Below are positions 61,772 through 64,000 of a stretch of 64,000 nt of DNA, one piece after another (positions within the stretch are counted from its first letter, which is position 1; every line of letters begins with the position of its first letter). A model generated the notes under the pieces. The model was not told where the DNA came from. It did no database searches and was given only the letters and a program-made list of their open reading frames with translations. A program made the translations under genes and the position numbers. The DNA comes from Squalus acanthias. Its lineage: Eukaryota. The stretch lies in contig CM059438.1 in the NCBI GenBank assembly GCA_030390025.1, positions 66,590,001 through 66,654,000 of the forward strand, in the 5' to 3' direction.

Positions 61772-61990
61772 AAAAGTGAGAAGTCGCACAACACCAGGTT
61801 ATAGTCCAACAGTTTTATTTGAAATCACAAGCTTTCGGAGCTGCTGCTCCTTCGTCAGGTGAAGTGAAGGAATACGAATCGGCAAAGCATATATAGACAG
61901 AGAACAATGCATGTGCAGCGTACAATGTCAGACGACTACAGTTAATCTTTCTGACTGCCTTTTATCACGCCTCGGCAGAGAAACAATCAG
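61772..61990 (-). mobile_element. Short ORF-less Penelope-like derivative
   Basis: Colinear with 17758-17955. Confidence 0.8.
61825..61862 (-). ncRNA. Minimal type I hammerhead ribozyme motif
   Basis: UCAC-CUGACGA-A-GGAGC.AGCA.GCUCC-GAAA-GCUU-GUGA. Confidence 0.78.
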
Positions 61991-62197
61991 GTCAGTCAGG
62001 AAGGCATTATATCATTTGATATAATGCAACAGAATGACTGCCTCTGGCTCGTGCGCGATCCAGGACCAAGCTGAGCAACGGATTTGTGACAGAAAGGAAA
62101 ACGGGTGCAGGGAGATAATGGCCCAGCCTATACTGACCTGTCACTGACTACCATGGAAGGGGAGTCATCTTTGGAGCAGCCAAGTCTCTTTGTCAAA

Positions 62198-62300
62198 GCC
62201 AGTGACTACACTTCAAATGTACTTCATTGTAAAGTGCTTTGGGATGTCCTGAAGTCATGAAAGGCACTAAATAAATGCAAGTCTTTCTTTCTTTTTCACT
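62198..62300 (+). mobile_element. Deu SINE / L2-type 3' tail
   Basis: cagtgactacacttcaaa..ataaatgcaagtctttc. Confidence 0.7.
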
Positions 62301-62880
62301 CTCTCTCACAGGAAGATCTGCATTAAGCAGTTGGGGATGAGTAAGCCTGGTACACAGCCCTGTGCTGGACATTTCGAACATTGCACTCCATGCTGAAGAC
62401 AGATGGCCATTATATAGCTGATAAGTAAACTCTGAAATGCGGGATCACTGTTGCTGTAAGTCATTACTCCAAGTCCTGATATGGGAGCCACAGCCCTATA
62501 CAGCCATGATTTGGTACCTACCATGACTGGGTTGCAGATAGGCAAGCAGCCGCAGCAGAAGGTCTGCACCTCCACCATTTGATGACAAATGTGTGCCCAT
62601 GCTCTGGTCAGGAGAGTGGTGGCAATGCACTCACTTATTTTATGATAAGCTGTGCTGTTCACCCTGCTGTTTGTGAGTAGTTCCTGGCACTTGTCTGCAT
62701 AACAAGGGCTCAAACCGACACCTATCTAATGATCAATTAGTGACCCTCTTACTCTGGGGAAGGAATGGGGGATCTCACTGGTGTCTACATAGCTCTAAGG
62801 TAAAACCACTACCAATAGAAGTTCAAAATCAAGTTAACCTTCTTTGGCAAACTCAGTAAGGTCAGTTACTGATCTCTCGA

Positions 62881-63872
62881 CACTGTTCCAATGAAGCTCA
62901 ATTGAAGCTCCAGGAACAGCACCTCATCTTTCGATGAGGTAAATTACAACCTTCCAGATTCAACATTGATTTCAATAACTTCAGATCATAACTACTGTTG
63001 CTATTTTTTCGGACCACCAAACACACCTTCCCCTCCCCTTTCAGAATTCCAAAGGGACCATTCCCTCCGCGACACCCTGGTCCACTCTTCCATCGCCCCA
63101 ATACCCGCTCCCCTTCCCACGGCACCTTCCCGTGCAAGCGAAGGAGATGCAACACCTGCCCTTTCACCTCCTCCCTTCCCACCGTCCAGGACCCCAAACA
63201 CTCCTTCCAGTTGAAACAACAATTTACTTGCACTTCTTTCAATTTAGCGTATTGTATTCGCTGCTCACGATGCGGTCTCCTCTACATTGGAGAGACCAAA
63301 CGCAGATTGGGTGATCACTTTGCGGAACACCTCCATTTAGTCTGCAAACATGACTCAGTGCTTCCGGTCGCTTGCAATTTTAATTCTCTGCCCCACTCCC
63401 ACTCTGACATCTCTGTCTTTGGCCCCCTATAATGTTCCAATGAAGCTCAACGTAAGCTCGAGGAACAACACCTCATCTTTCGATGAGGCACTTTACAACC
63501 TTCCGGACTCAAGAATGATTTCAATAATTTGAGATTATAACCGCTGTTCCTATTTTTTCGAGCAGCAGCTGTTGGTAATGATTCCGCTGTTGCCATTTAC
63601 GACTGCTCTACACCCATCTTTTGTTTCTTTACTTGTCCCATTACCACCCCCTTTTGATTGCACCATCATCCCTTTTGTCATTTAATCTCTCCTGCCTTCC
63701 ACCCTCTCACAGACTTTTCCTTTTGTTCTTTCCTCCCTTCCCCCCTTTCCCTGCCTCTGTACTTGCTTAAAAAAACTGTTACATCTCTAACTTCTTCCAA
63801 TTCTGACAAAAAGTCATCGACTTACCCTGGGGCATCTCTTACATTACTGAAATAAAAACAGAAAATGCTAGA
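62881..63872 (+). mobile_element. Penelope-like element (GIY-YIG) with tandem partial repeat
   Basis: ORF 62998-63432 CKRRRCNTC..AYCIRCSRCGLLYIGETKRRLGDHFAEH; 62884-63010 repeats 63433-63560; degenerate hammerhead at about 63800. Confidence 0.9.
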
Positions 63873-64000
63873 GGCCATCAATATAAGATAGTCAACAAGA
63901 AATCAAATAGGGAATTCAGAAGAAACTTCTTTACCCAGAAGGTGGTGAGAATGTGGAACTCGCTACCACAGGGAGTGGTTGAGGCAAATAGTATAGATGC
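63873..64000 (+). mobile_element. CR1 fragment (runs off the window)
   Basis: KSNREFRRNFFTQKVVRMWNSLPQG. Confidence 0.85.

Noticed and set aside
62306..62713. 135-aa minus-strand ORF or small exon at about 62635-62694
   Set aside because: It has a non-ATG start, no recognisable domain and only moderate splice signals.

Overview
Eukaryotic, repeat-dense (roughly two-thirds by eye) intergenic or intronic DNA. It is very likely from an elasmobranch (shark/ray), based on an HE1-like V-SINE, Deu-domain SINEs, CR1/L2 LINEs and GIY-YIG Penelope elements. I found no recognisable host protein-coding gene, rRNA, true tRNA or CRISPR array, and most ORFs in the track are by-products of transposons. Main content: (1) a heavily decayed DIRS (tyrosine-recombinase) retrotransposon at about 15.4-21.1 kb, reconstructable across nested insertions; (2) many PIF/Harbinger derivatives, including two internally deleted elements that keep Myb/SANT and transposase remnants, plus more than ten CpG-rich MITEs, several with 3-bp TSDs; (3) Penelope-like elements and short ORF-less derivatives carrying six recognisable minimal hammerhead ribozyme motifs of two sequence types, three flanked by 12-15 bp target duplications; (4) two minisatellites and a copy-specific 64-bp fold-back. 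I cannot support a wholly new biological system. The best leads are the ORF-less hammerhead-bearing elements and the Harbinger MITE architecture. Family names come from motif recognition by eye, not database searches, and most boundaries are approximate unless a TSD is quoted.
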